From IMG/VR virus record IMGVR_UViG_3300029566_000004: a stretch of DNA of 64,000 nt. One strand, 5' to 3'. Below the pieces are notes generated by a model that was given only the letters and a program-made list of their open reading frames with translations, was not told the origin of the DNA and did not search any database. The stretch is from a virus. The translations under genes were made by a program, and so were the position numbers. Shown piece by piece: positions 1 through 12,531 of the stretch. Position 1 is the first letter of the stretch; each line of letters begins with the position of its first letter.

Positions 1-3000
1 TTAGAATTATCTACACACCAAACAGATAGAACACGTTTATCAGAATTGTTTACATTTTGTGATAGTTTAATTTTTAATATAGATATTAAATGTAATTTAA
101 GGTCATCTTACCCATATGTTTACAAAGGAGCTTATAAAATTGAATTAGTACGTATTTTAAATGACACTGAATTAGTATTAGGAACGCTCGATATGAATGC
201 ACTGGTGGGTGATCCATATGGATATTATTCTTATTTACCACAATCTATTGTTATTAATTTAGATGCATTGCGTGAAGAGAAAAATGATTTATTCCCAGAA
301 TCTGCTATCTTGCAATTAAAAACATCATTAGTAACACCTTTTGAATATCGCACAGAAACAGGAGAGACATTGTTAATTCCAAGTGCTGTTTCTGCATATA
401 CACCTACATTAACTTATTAGATACCAGAATTAGTGGGTTTAAAACAATTTTTAACTACTGAAAAAATAACTATTTTACCTCCTTTGGTAGAATTTAAAAA
501 TTGTTCACTAGAAATTGGATTTAATACTACACATAAAAATCATACGTTTAATTTATATTAGCCTTTATAGAGTTCTGAAATGGTTGTCCCAATTTGGGTT
601 AATTATGATGAAGATACGAATACAAATATTGATTTTACTGATAGAAACAAACGCACATCATTATCATTAGAAGAATTTCGTTCTTCAGAAGAAAATCAAT
701 GGTTAATAGATGATGAATTAGCTACATGGCTAAATGCTATGATGAATAATACAAATAAGACCAATCCAGAAGCTATGTATGATGAAATAAAATATTCTAA
801 AATTGTTAATTATTTAAAACGTTGTAATATTAATCGTGCAACTGCTTTGTAGGAGTTTGGATTAGAAATTGCTCATTTGGCTCCTGAACAGAAAACAGAA
901 TTAATGCAAATGGTTAATACAAAAGAATTTTTAAGTGCTTATTCAGATATGCTTGATTTAAGCGCATTAATTGAAACAGATTGGCAAGAATTAATTGCCG
1001 CAACTAAAAAGGCAAATTAGTTGTTGTTGCGTCAGTATTTACCTAATGCGCAGGATAACTTACTTGTAGTTGATAATTCAGTTTCACTACTAGATAGTGA
1101 TTGTGAATTATTAGTTACTCCTACTGATTTTACAGATACTTATGCAACATTAAAAATTGCTTTAAAACGACGTGGGCCATTATATAATGGTAGTAATTAT
1201 TTACATTTAGTATTAGCGTTTAAAGAAAATATTGGTATTCAAATACCTGATGTAAATAATGAAAGAAAATGGAAGTATGCCATTGCTGATGGAACAACAT
1301 TTATGGAATTACCTACATCTCCTGACGATTCAGTTCCAAGAAATTCTACTTTAGTCAGTTGGATTAGTTCTTCAATATCTGATGATGACTATTATAAAGT
1401 AGCTATTGATATTTGGAATGGAGAACAAAGTTTTAATTTAGCTTCTAATATTATAACTTTATAGATTCCAATTGATGCAGCTTTTGTACAAGGACTAATT
1501 CCTCTTAAAATTGAAAGTGACGTAAATTCATCTATAAATACGCAAATATTTACCAATGATAATTTTGCTTCATTATTTACAACAGTTAAACAAAACATGC
1601 CAATGCATACTTGTTTGTTTTATCTTTATAAAGAATAGATTTCTACATCAAATACTCGAGATTATTATTCATTACCAGTTGGCAATGAACTTAAAGGATT
1701 TTTTGCCTCAGACTTATGGTGGTCAACAGAATCAGCTCAATTAAATGATTTATTAGTTTATGTATCTCGAGAATCATCGACATCTGCAAATGATTGGGAA
1801 TTTAGGCAGGGAGATTCTTTCAATGGTTTATATTTAAATAAATCAGCAGAAAATGCAGCTTATGGTATATTATTTCCTATTTAGTTTACAAATATTGAAG
1901 ATGATGAACCACTTCCTAACGTTTCTGAGGAAATCATTAATCAGAATCATAAAATTCAAGTCAGTTTTAATATTGAAGGCATAAAATCGGGTGATTAGTT
2001 AGAAGTTATTGTAAAACGTTGTACTAATGGTATAGAAACAATTCCAATTTATCAAATTTTTTAGCAAAATCGTTCGGTTAATTTTACTTTAGACGCAAAT
2101 CAACCAAGTAATGATTTTTATGTATTTAAATTTTTATACAAATAGGCAAATCTAAACTCACAGCCTGTATCTTGTTGTCTTTCTAATTTTCAATGTTCAC
2201 AAAAACATTGGGTAATTACGTCAGGATCAACGGATTTAGTAACTGGTGCATGGCAAGACGTTTTAGCATTTAATGTAATAAATCAATATAATATTAGTAA
2301 TGAACCAAAAGTTAATGGCTATACGTTTGCTCATAGTTATGTGGCTAAAACATTAGAGTTAAGTTATAAATCTAATATTGTTTTAACTACTGTATTAACT
2401 GATTTCTAGTGGCCTGATAATTTACAAGATTGGAGTGATATTTTAGAAGATAAATTAATTAATTTTCATAAGTATGATGTTCGAAAAGCTTTTAATCAAT
2501 TAAACGAAAAATTCGCTGAGTTATTTACTGATTTAAATATGTCTGTTTTACTTAATAATCATACTTGGCGCACCTAGTTTAAAATTTACTTATTAAATTG
2601 GTTGGGAATTTTAGATACAAGCTCTATTCCTATATCAAACGATCCAACCATTTTTGATATTTGGCAAGAAACTGCGATGCCCTTAAATGATATACTAAAT
2701 TTATAGTTAAAATACTTTACAGCAATTTACAATTATTTTCTTAATCTTTTAAATATTTGGTATTCAAATCAAAATATACAAGAATTAATTCCTTATTATG
2801 TAAGTGCTGATAATTTATTACTATTTAAAAATGAAATAGATTTATTGCAAATTCAATATGATCATTTAATTCTTATGATGAATGAATTAAATGAAAAAGT
2901 ACAAGCTTTATTTCCAAAATATATAGATTCTGCAGTTGAGACTATTGTTTCATTGTGGAAATTACCAACTGGAACTAATATTGGTCCGAACGATTTTGAG

Positions 3001-3435
3001 CGTGAATATAGCAATTTTTTAGATTATTTTAGTTAGCGTTATAGCGTTTTGCTATATCAATATAAATTATAGCCTGAAGAAACTAAACAATTTTATTTGA
3101 CTGGTCCATGGGAATTAATTCCGCCTATAGAGCATGAATATATTCAAGACTTATTAGATTCTACAGATTAGAAATAGATTAATTTATTGCCTTGGCTGTA
3201 GAGAATATCGACTACTGAGAATAGAACTCGTATTGATTCTAGTTCTATACGGGGTATTTTATTTTTCAACCATACCCCATATAAAAGCAATATTCTTAAT
3301 TTAGATGTCATAGAAGCAAATTCTAATGAATTAGTGATTGAACCTAATATTGAACTCATTCCTATATATACAAATACCGGTCAGATTTCTGGATATTTGA
3401 AAATACAGGATATTCGAGACGCTTTAGCTTTGTGA
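1..3435 (+). CDS. Large virion structural protein (tail/baseplate region), 5' end outside window; needs TAG read as sense
   Basis: Frame 1 is open from base 1 to TGA 3433-3435. Track fragments 46..420, 580..852, 1021..1464 and 2845..3036 are all in this frame. Every interruption I read is TAG (19); none is TAA or TGA. No catalytic motif recognised, so function is inferred from position only. Confidence 0.7.
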
Positions 3436-3486
3436 GATAAAGGAGGTCATATATGTATATAAAAACAAATATAAAGGAGGGATAGT

Positions 3487-6400
3487 ATGAGTAAATTATA
3501 CCCTCCAATCATTGAAAGTCGTTTACCCGCATTTAGTTTAACAGGTGGTAAAGGGTTAACTATTCCTTATCGCCAGAACCCTGCCGTTGGCGCTAATGAA
3601 GTAGATGGCTTTATTTGTTTAATTAAAACCTTGGGTGGTACAGAAAAAGGACGTTTATATTCTTAGACTAAGCCCAATTTAACCAATAATCTTGGCACTG
3701 TTACTTTTACATGGCATAAGCCAAGTACCGCAGAAAACAATGATAAGATAAAAAAGAGATTCGATGACAGCGCAGTTTTGTTAGCTTCATCTCCGCTCGA
3801 AGCTAGCGGAAGTGTGCCTGATACTGCTCATGATACTTCAGAATATATTTTAGGGCACCCTAATTATCAGTTAGAAGTAAATCGTATCTATAATGATGTA
3901 AATGATACAAATGCACTTGGTAATGAGCAATCATTAGACCATATACCAACAAGCGGTTATGATCCTGCCATTATTGAATTGATTAAACCAGAATATATAC
4001 CGCAAGATTCGGCATTTTTAGATGCAAGTCCAGGTGTATTGGCAGTTGAGGATTCATCCCCTACTGGAGGTACTGCTTTAATTGGTGATACTTCACAAGA
4101 AGATTATGATAATTATAAAAATATACCAATTGGCATTCGCGGCAATGCGATATTAATTAATAATAAATAGAATTATACTAATATTATTGATGAATTAAAT
4201 GGACAAACTATTTATAATACAGAGGGCAATTTTAATTTACAATACGATCAATTTTATAAAATTTAGTTGGCTTATTATCAAGGCGATGCAACTAATCTTG
4301 ATAATTTGTCTATTGGTTATTTTTCTGATGTAGCAATTATTAAATGTGTAAATTTGCCTAAAGCTATTATTGAGAATTTATCAATTAATTAGATTAATAT
4401 TATGAACAATAAATTTATTGGTGTCGTAAATAATTTGTATGGCACTGATAGACTTTATTCGTATCGTTTTGTTGTTGAAACTGTTAAATTAAATACTGAA
4501 CATGAGCATTAGATTGTATATGATACTGGTGAAATTTTATATACTGATTTTGATGATAAAATTTATACTAATTCTGATAATATTCAATTACGTTCTAGTC
4601 GTGTTGAATTGATTTATAATCAAGATCTAGAGTATATGCACAAGTACTATGTTACATTTTACGCAACGACCACTACAGGAATTAAAGTAGAATCTCCAAG
4701 CTATTTATTTAAAACTGGATATGCGATTCCTTTAAAATTTCATACACGTTATACACGACTTTTGGCGGAACCATTAATTAATAGTGGTGGTGTCAAGTTA
4801 AGCTTAACAACTGAACATGAAGCAATTGATACCAATACGGGGGAAAAAGTAATAACAAAAGATACAACTTTGTACAATGGTAAATTCCGCATTCTACGTT
4901 CAGATTCTCATTCTAAATATAAAACTTGGGATGAAATATTTTCTTTTGAATTACATGGTGAACATTTAGACCGAGCTTTATTTAATGATTTTACAATTGA
5001 ATAGAATACTGGATATCGCTATGCGCTACAACAATATAATCAAAAATTAGTTTCCAATAAATTATTGTCTAAAATAATTCATATTGATTATGAAGATATT
5101 TATCTGTCAGATGAAGACCATTTATTGCGAGTATGCTTTAATCCAAATATTTCTACCTTTAAACCAACAATTTTAGAATCTAAGTTGGAAACAATTGGTA
5201 GTAAATACCCTTATATGTTTAGAAATGGAATTGTAAACTATAAAGAATTTGCAATTACAGGCTTAATTTCTTATTTAATGGATAGTGACAATGTATTTTT
5301 ACCATATGAAGAAAGTATTTTTCAATTTGTAGAAAAAGAACCTCGTACAAACACTCGTAGTAAAATTGGTGTTAAACTTCCTGAAGAGTTTGACACAAAT
5401 AAAGATTCTATTAATTTAGTCTTAACTGATTTAACTGGTTAGAATATTTAGTATGAGCGTGATTTTAAGTTAAAAGTATTAAATTGGTTAACAAATGGCC
5501 AACCAAAATTATTACGTACGCCAACCGAAGGAAACTATATCGTTCGCTTAACCGGCGTATCATTATCTCCGTAGGCAGCTTTAGGGCGTATGTTACATAG
5601 CTTTAGTTGTACCGCATATGAAATCGATGAAGTAAATTTTGCGAATTTACAAAAATATCATTTATTGCGAATTAAATCTATTGCACCTCCAGAAGAGATT
5701 GAGTTAATATCAGACCAATTTGTATTTGATGAGCATGATTGTAAGGGTTTAATTAATCAAACTGATTTTTAGGCTTATTCAGATGAACAAGTTGGTGAAA
5801 CGAATTATCCTATTACCGCAATTCATATCCCAACTCAATCTGAATTGCTTGCAGCTATGCGTGATGACGGCGGATGGATTAATGGTTGGGCCAATCAAGT
5901 ACCACAGAATCTAACTAATGTGCGTTTTGAGGGATTTATACCAGGGTCTTATATTGGTTTAACCATGATTTCTTCTACTACTGGTGAAACTTATAAAGTG
6001 CCAATTTTAATTGGATTATCTGGTTGTTATAATGTATTAACTACAGATAAAATTAGTTTAGTTTATCCATTATGGGTACCGCCAAAACGCGTATGGAAAA
6101 TAAATGAAAAAATTAACTCTAAGGTAAGTAAGTTTGGTGCGCTTGGTTATTATACATATGAAGCGCAATCATTTAAAGGAACTATGTATTATTCTTATAA
6201 ACCATATTTAGTAGATAATACATTTAATTTAATTGATAGCGTTACTTTATCAGAAGATTTTATTCAAGTAACTGGATTACCTCGCAATTTAACGGCAGCA
6301 GAAACACCAAATTTAAAATATCCAAGATATTATTTTAATGTTAAAAATTAGTTAGATTTATTTGAATTTTATCAATTACATAATTTATTGACTAATGTGG

Positions 6401-8022
6401 CATATATTCATTCGATGCATTTTAGAGCACGTGATATTCTTGACTGTTATTTAATACCAGCACAAGATCTGTTGCCTTATGATTGGGATGAAACAAAAAA
6501 TGATTTTATTCAAGTAAATCGTTAGGGACAAGTCTTTTTATGTCGCACAGCGACTGCAGTGCCTTATAATAGTCCAAGGACTTATGACGGCAAGATTCCA
6601 TTATTAGTGAGTGAATTATTAGACCGCACTATTTATAGATGCCATTATTATAAAGATGGTCATGAACAAGTGAAAGATTTTGATGGCTGGCTTTTAAAAT
6701 TGGCTTTAGACAATTAGCATCGTAATATCCCAGAATGGGATTTTATTCATTATAAGTCAAATAGCTTAATTCAAAAATCATTATATGATTATGATTATGT
6801 TTATTTTAATAATTTACAATGGATGACTACTTGCGAAATTCCAGATGATAATTTTAATGCACAAATTACAATTGTTGTAGACGGTGAAGCCAGCGATCCC
6901 ATCACTTTTAATTATAATAATAATTTAACAATTACTGTAAAAACTGTTTCAGCAGAAGACGAGCAAGTATTAGCAAAAACGAAATTAACTACTGCCCAAG
7001 TGCAAATTAACCGTGATTCAAATGGTTATTCTTTCTTTGATTATCCTATTGGAACAACTTGCGAGATTGCGCTTGGGGCTAATGTTTAGGCGGATGCGAG
7101 CTTAACTGTAGCGCATTTAACTTATCAATTTCCCGCTTCCGCAGCGGCTGATACGTGGGCAAGAATTTTAAGTTGGTTTAGTGCTGCATTAAAAAAATAT
7201 TAGCAAAATTTTGCTAATAGTAACTCATCTTTAGATAGAACTTATTGGGATTATTAGATGCGTCATATTTGCTAGATCTACTTAGACTACTTAAATTGGT
7301 TTTTAATTGAAGCAAGTACTGTTGATCAGCCATTAATGATACCACCTATGCCTAGTTATAATTATTTTGATAATGCAGGAGTCAGTTTACCTTAGCTAAA
7401 CTATTGGAGAAATTTAGAATATTTATATGCAGATAGTGAAAGCTTTCCGCTAGAAAATGAAGAGCCAAAGTACGATCAAAATAATTTGATTTTTGCAGAT
7501 AAACTATACAATTATATTATTAAAGATATTAAGGCAGCTGAAATATCTGCCGCAGCGCCGGGCATTTATCGTGCGGCAGAGCCCATTTCTAATTTAGTGG
7601 GTTATATAGATAAGAATGGACAACTTATTACTTCAGTTGAACAAAATGGTTTAATTATTATTCCAAATAAAAGTGCTTTATTATTAGAAATGTCTCCTGA
7701 ATTGTTAGCTATTGAATCTAGTACTTCTAATATAGAAAATCAGTTAATGACGAATGATTTATATTCTGCGAAATCATTAAAAGATCTGGCAGCAAAAGAA
7801 GAACTTTCAATTCCCTTAGAATATGGCTACTATAAAGTTACAAATGATCTAACAGAAAATGAACTACTTAAACTAACGGTTGGTGGCAAATCATTGGCGC
7901 AAGTTATGCAAGACAATAATTTAGTAACATTGCATAAAAATACAATTTTATAGGTTATTCCTCCATTATATAGTAATGGTATAATAATTAATCCTACTAC
8001 TGGAGTTAATAATCAAGGATAA
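3487..8022 (+). CDS. Large tail/baseplate structural protein (1511 codons), TAG read as sense
   Basis: ATG 3487 follows AAAGGAGGG (3474-3482). Frame 1 runs through track fragments 3778..4170, 4609..5004, 5065..5442, 5590..5772, 5845..6351, 6823..7089 and 7486..7953 to TAA 8020-8022. Read codon by codon: 19 in-frame TAG, no TAA/TGA. Confidence 0.75.
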
Positions 8023-8039
8023 AAAGGAGGACTTTTATT

Positions 8040-11000
8040 ATGTTATATGATGCAAATTTTTTACAAAAACTAGATACACATCACGAACATACATATTACG
8101 TCCGAATACAAGCATTAACCTTTGATGAACGTCCACTAGAGCAGTTAGAAGGACGTATTACTTCTGGATCAATTAATCTTGATGGCAAGAGCGCAATTCG
8201 GCGCTCTTGCTCATTAAGCTTTATTGCTGAAGCAACTGAGATTAATGATTATTATTGGACATTTAAATAGAAATTTAAAGTTGAAATTGGTTTAGAAAAT
8301 AAAGTTGATGATTCATACCCATCTCGAATTTATTTTAATATGGGAACTTTTTTTATTACTAGTTTCAGTTCAACTTTTACTACTAATTCTGCCTCAATTA
8401 GTATCCAAGGAAAAGATAAAATGTGTTTATTGAATGGAGAATTGGGCGGCATTATTAATGCTGAAACAGATTTTGGTACTTATGACTATACTGATGCAAA
8501 TGGTGTTACAACGAATTATAAATTAACTATTCAAGAAATTGTTACAGATTTAATTTATAGTTATGCTCAAGAGCCATTATCTAATATCATTATATAGGAT
8601 TTAGATGATGTTGGTTTAGAATAGTTAGATTATAAGAACGACGATCCAATGTTTTTAATTCGCTCTTTTACAAGTGAGCGTTATGTGCTACCTTTGTTTA
8701 GTAGCGCTGATGTGACAGTTTATTGCTGTAAGGAAATCGGAAAAGACCAATATAAGTTTTCAGTATAGAAATTGAATAATGATAAAGTAATTATTTATGA
8801 TAGCCTAACTCGACCACTATTAGATAATAATTACATTGCTACACGATTTACATTTGAAGAAATGGATGAAACATAGACATATACGGCTGAATAGTTAAAT
8901 CAAATGCAATTATATTGCGCAGCTAAAATTACTTATGGTGAAGCAGTTGGCTACCGGGTTTGTCCATTGGTCTATGCGGGAGATTTAATTGCTAAAGCTG
9001 GCGATACAATTACTTCTGTGTTAGATAAAATTATAAAAATGTTAGGTGAATTTGAATATTTTTATGATGTTGATGGACGTTTTGTATTACGTCATAAAAA
9101 ATCATTTATCAATACTGTTTGGTTGCCAGAAATGGTAACAATTAGTTCGGATGAGGGAAGAGATCGTTATTGGCTAGATTATCAATATGCAACACCATAC
9201 ATATATGAATTTAAAGATACTAAATTAATTACTAATGTACAAAATTCTCCATAGTTAGCTTCAATTAAAAATGATTATACGGTTTGGGGGGAGCGCGTTT
9301 CTGCGGCCGGTGGTAAAGTACCTATTCATAGTAGATATGCTATTGACACTAAGCCAATTATATATGTCAGTGTTGCTCCTGATGCCGAACCAAATGTCTG
9401 GACTACTTTATCAGAAGCTGAATTTAAACACTATCAACTTAATATGCCATGGCTTAAGTAGCGTTTATTGTCGCGCATCTAGCTACATGCGTCATTAGAT
9501 TGGCGTGAATTAATTTATCAAATGGCTAAGGAATATCGTCAATACAATCATAACCATAACAATTTAGAATTTGAAGACTATCAAATTACGCTGGCAAAAC
9601 GCAATGAACCTTATTATCCAAATGGTCATACTGGCTATGAGCAATATTATATTGATTTAGAAGGTTTTTGGCGTCAATTATATTGGCCTTATGATAATAC
9701 TGATGAAGATGTTTTAAATGAAATGAGCGTTTATAATAAAGTAGTAGATTATAGTGAAATAAATAGTTCTAATTTATCTTAGTATTATATTAATGGTGTA
9801 TACCGTCCTAATAGTGCTGGATTAAAAATCTATTCTGAATAGGGAACAACTGAATTAGAATTAAAAACTACAGAGCATCCATGTAAGTTATATGGCACAA
9901 CTGATAAATGGGTTATTTTAGATAGTACTCATTGGTATTATGTTGATGAAAATGGTAAAGGATTTAATATTCCTACTGAATTAGGAATCAGTGAAATTCC
10001 GCAAATTGGACAATTTACTACTAAATTAATGCATGGTTGGTATACGTATGATACTATTCGTAATTTTTTAGAAAAAAGTCCAAGTGCAGATACATTTGTA
10101 AAATTTATTTATACTACGGCATATGACATTTCAAGTTAGTTGTGGTATAAATATTCTGATATTTCGCAATCTTTTATACCTTATTTGGACCAATATGACT
10201 ATTGTCCTATTTTAGCCACAGAAAATTATCCTATTGAAGGAATGACTATTAAAGAATATTATGAAAGAACATTTGTGGATGGAGAAGCGATATATAATGC
10301 AATTTCTGAAAGCTATAAAGGTTCAAAATATATGTTATATATTTTAAATGATGTAGATACAAATATAAAAAATATTCTACAGTAGAAAGATATGTGGTTG
10401 TCATTAATATCATTAATTCTTGAACGCAATCAATTACTATATTCCTCTTGGAGTAATTGGCAGAAATGGCTCAATGACAATGATTTTATTGAATTATTAA
10501 CATCAATTACCAATAATGTTTTATAGCAAGACTCAATAGAGCGTCGTTGGTGGCAAAATGAAATAATGACTACAGCTGATGCTATAATAGCTTTGCGTAT
10601 TGCTTTAGAGATGGAAGCATCTTCTCCTGAGTTATTATTGAAATATGATTGGAATCATGATGGATAGATTACTCTTACAGATGCTTTATTGATTATGCGT
10701 TCAGTATATAATCTTGATATGATTAACATTTCTTTGCCCAGTAGTATTTCATTAATAGATTTAAAAAACTTTATACAAAATGTAACAAATAATTATGGTG
10801 AAATAGTAGATAATTTAAGTGATGAGTTAATTGCGCAATATGATTTAGATGATGATGGATAGATTAATGAAGTTGAAATTTTTCTATGGACTTATATTTA
10901 TAATTCTTTGGTGTTAGCTGATAACTCAGAATTATCAAAATTAAACCCATTGGCACATTTTATTGTATCAAACATAATAGCTTGTCCTAGTGCAATTTAT

Positions 11001-12083
11001 GATTATTTTGTAAATTCTACTAGCACTAAGGATTAGCCCTTAATTTATGATGATTTAATTGGTTTAACTGTACAAATTAACAACACAGAGCTAATATCGG
11101 AATTATTTCAATTATTAAATTTTAATTCACTTTATCAATTGTAGTGGCTTTTAAATATGTACTATGATTTTATATATGATAATTTCTCTGTTTTGAAAGA
11201 TGCGCATATGTTATCATATCAATTATTTATAAATCAATTAGCTGCAAAAACTGATTTATACTATAATGCCAATAGTAATGAAAGTAAAAAAATGTAGTTT
11301 AATAAATTTATTACTTTATTTAATTCACATTACATTTATGATAATTTAAATTATTATAATTTACAGCATATAAAAATACATCCAATTTTATCAACATTTT
11401 ATCATTTAAATGAGCAGCCTATTGAACAATTAGCGATTATTCCATATGATATTCATGGTAATCCCACTTATTTAACACGTCACTATGAGAAAATAAATTA
11501 TTATACTCGTGATTTATTATATTATGGGGCGAGTGATGGTATACGAGCATATTGGAATAAAGCAGTTTATGAAGCTCCTTATACATTAAATTTCTGGTTT
11601 GATTTTTTAGATACAGATGGTAGTATTTCGGCATATGCTACATCCGAAATAGGAGACAGGCCAATAGTGGTTAATGATACTAATTTAAAATCCATTTTTT
11701 ATAGAGAAATTCCAAAAATTTTAATTTATACTTTTGATCAATTCCAAGATGAAAAAATAGAATTAAAATCTGGTTATGGCTATATTTTATTGCCAGCTGG
11801 TTATGAACAATATTTTTCTATTTCTTCACGAGGATTAAGTATTAAAAATAAAATTGATGATTTACTTTATCAACATACCTATTGCAATTAGACAATAAAT
11901 TTAACTTGTATACCTATTTATTATTTAGATGTAAATAGTCGTATTTATATTGGTGATAAAAGATTAGGGATTGATGATGATTTCGCCATTTAGAGCATTA
12001 GTTATTCATTAAATTATAATGGCACGATGTCTTTAAGTGCAGCAAAAATTTAGCCTAATTCAATATTTGAGAGAGAGGAGTAA
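8040..12083 (+). CDS. Tail-associated/baseplate protein with two dockerin/EF-hand-like Ca-binding repeats (1347 codons), TAG read as sense
   Basis: ATG 8040 follows AAAAGGAGG. The frame links track fragments 8040..8270, 8340..8597, 8904..9254, 9522..9782, 10140..10385 and 11667..11891 and ends at TAA 12081-12083. 22 in-frame TAG, no TAA/TGA. Loops DWNHDG(TAG)ITLTD and DLDDDG(TAG)INEVE lie near 10645-10900. Confidence 0.75.
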
Positions 12084-12088
12084 TTAGC

Positions 12089-12511
12089 ATGGCAAAATTA
12101 ATTGAACAATGGTTGCCTCCTATGGATAAATTAGGGAATTTAAATTTAATAGATGAATAGGGTAACCCAAGCAATACTTGGGTTATCCCTTTACAAAAAC
12201 GGCAAGTTGCATCGATTGGTATTCAAGGTCCAGAAGGATTAATGTTTAGTATTAATGGCGCGCCAACTAATAAAACTAATTATTTGACTATTGGTGCTTA
12301 TGGTGTTTATAATTTAACACGTCATGATATTCAAGATTTAACCATTCGATCTATTACTATTTATTTTACAGAAACAAATAGTAAATGGTTAACAAAAAAT
12401 CCTTGGCCAATTATTGTTGATGTTGTTTATAGCGAAGAAGAATATAAATTCATCGAAGCTACTACGCCTGATACAAATAATTCAGATCTAATTAATGATT
12501 CCAGTAAATAA
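12089..12511 (+). CDS. Small virion-associated protein (140 aa), one in-frame TAG
   Basis: ATG 12089 follows GAGAGAGGAG. Same frame as track ORF 12242..12511. One TAG near 12158. Ends at TAA. Confidence 0.6.
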
Positions 12512-12531
12512 GAGAGAAAGGAGATTATTAA

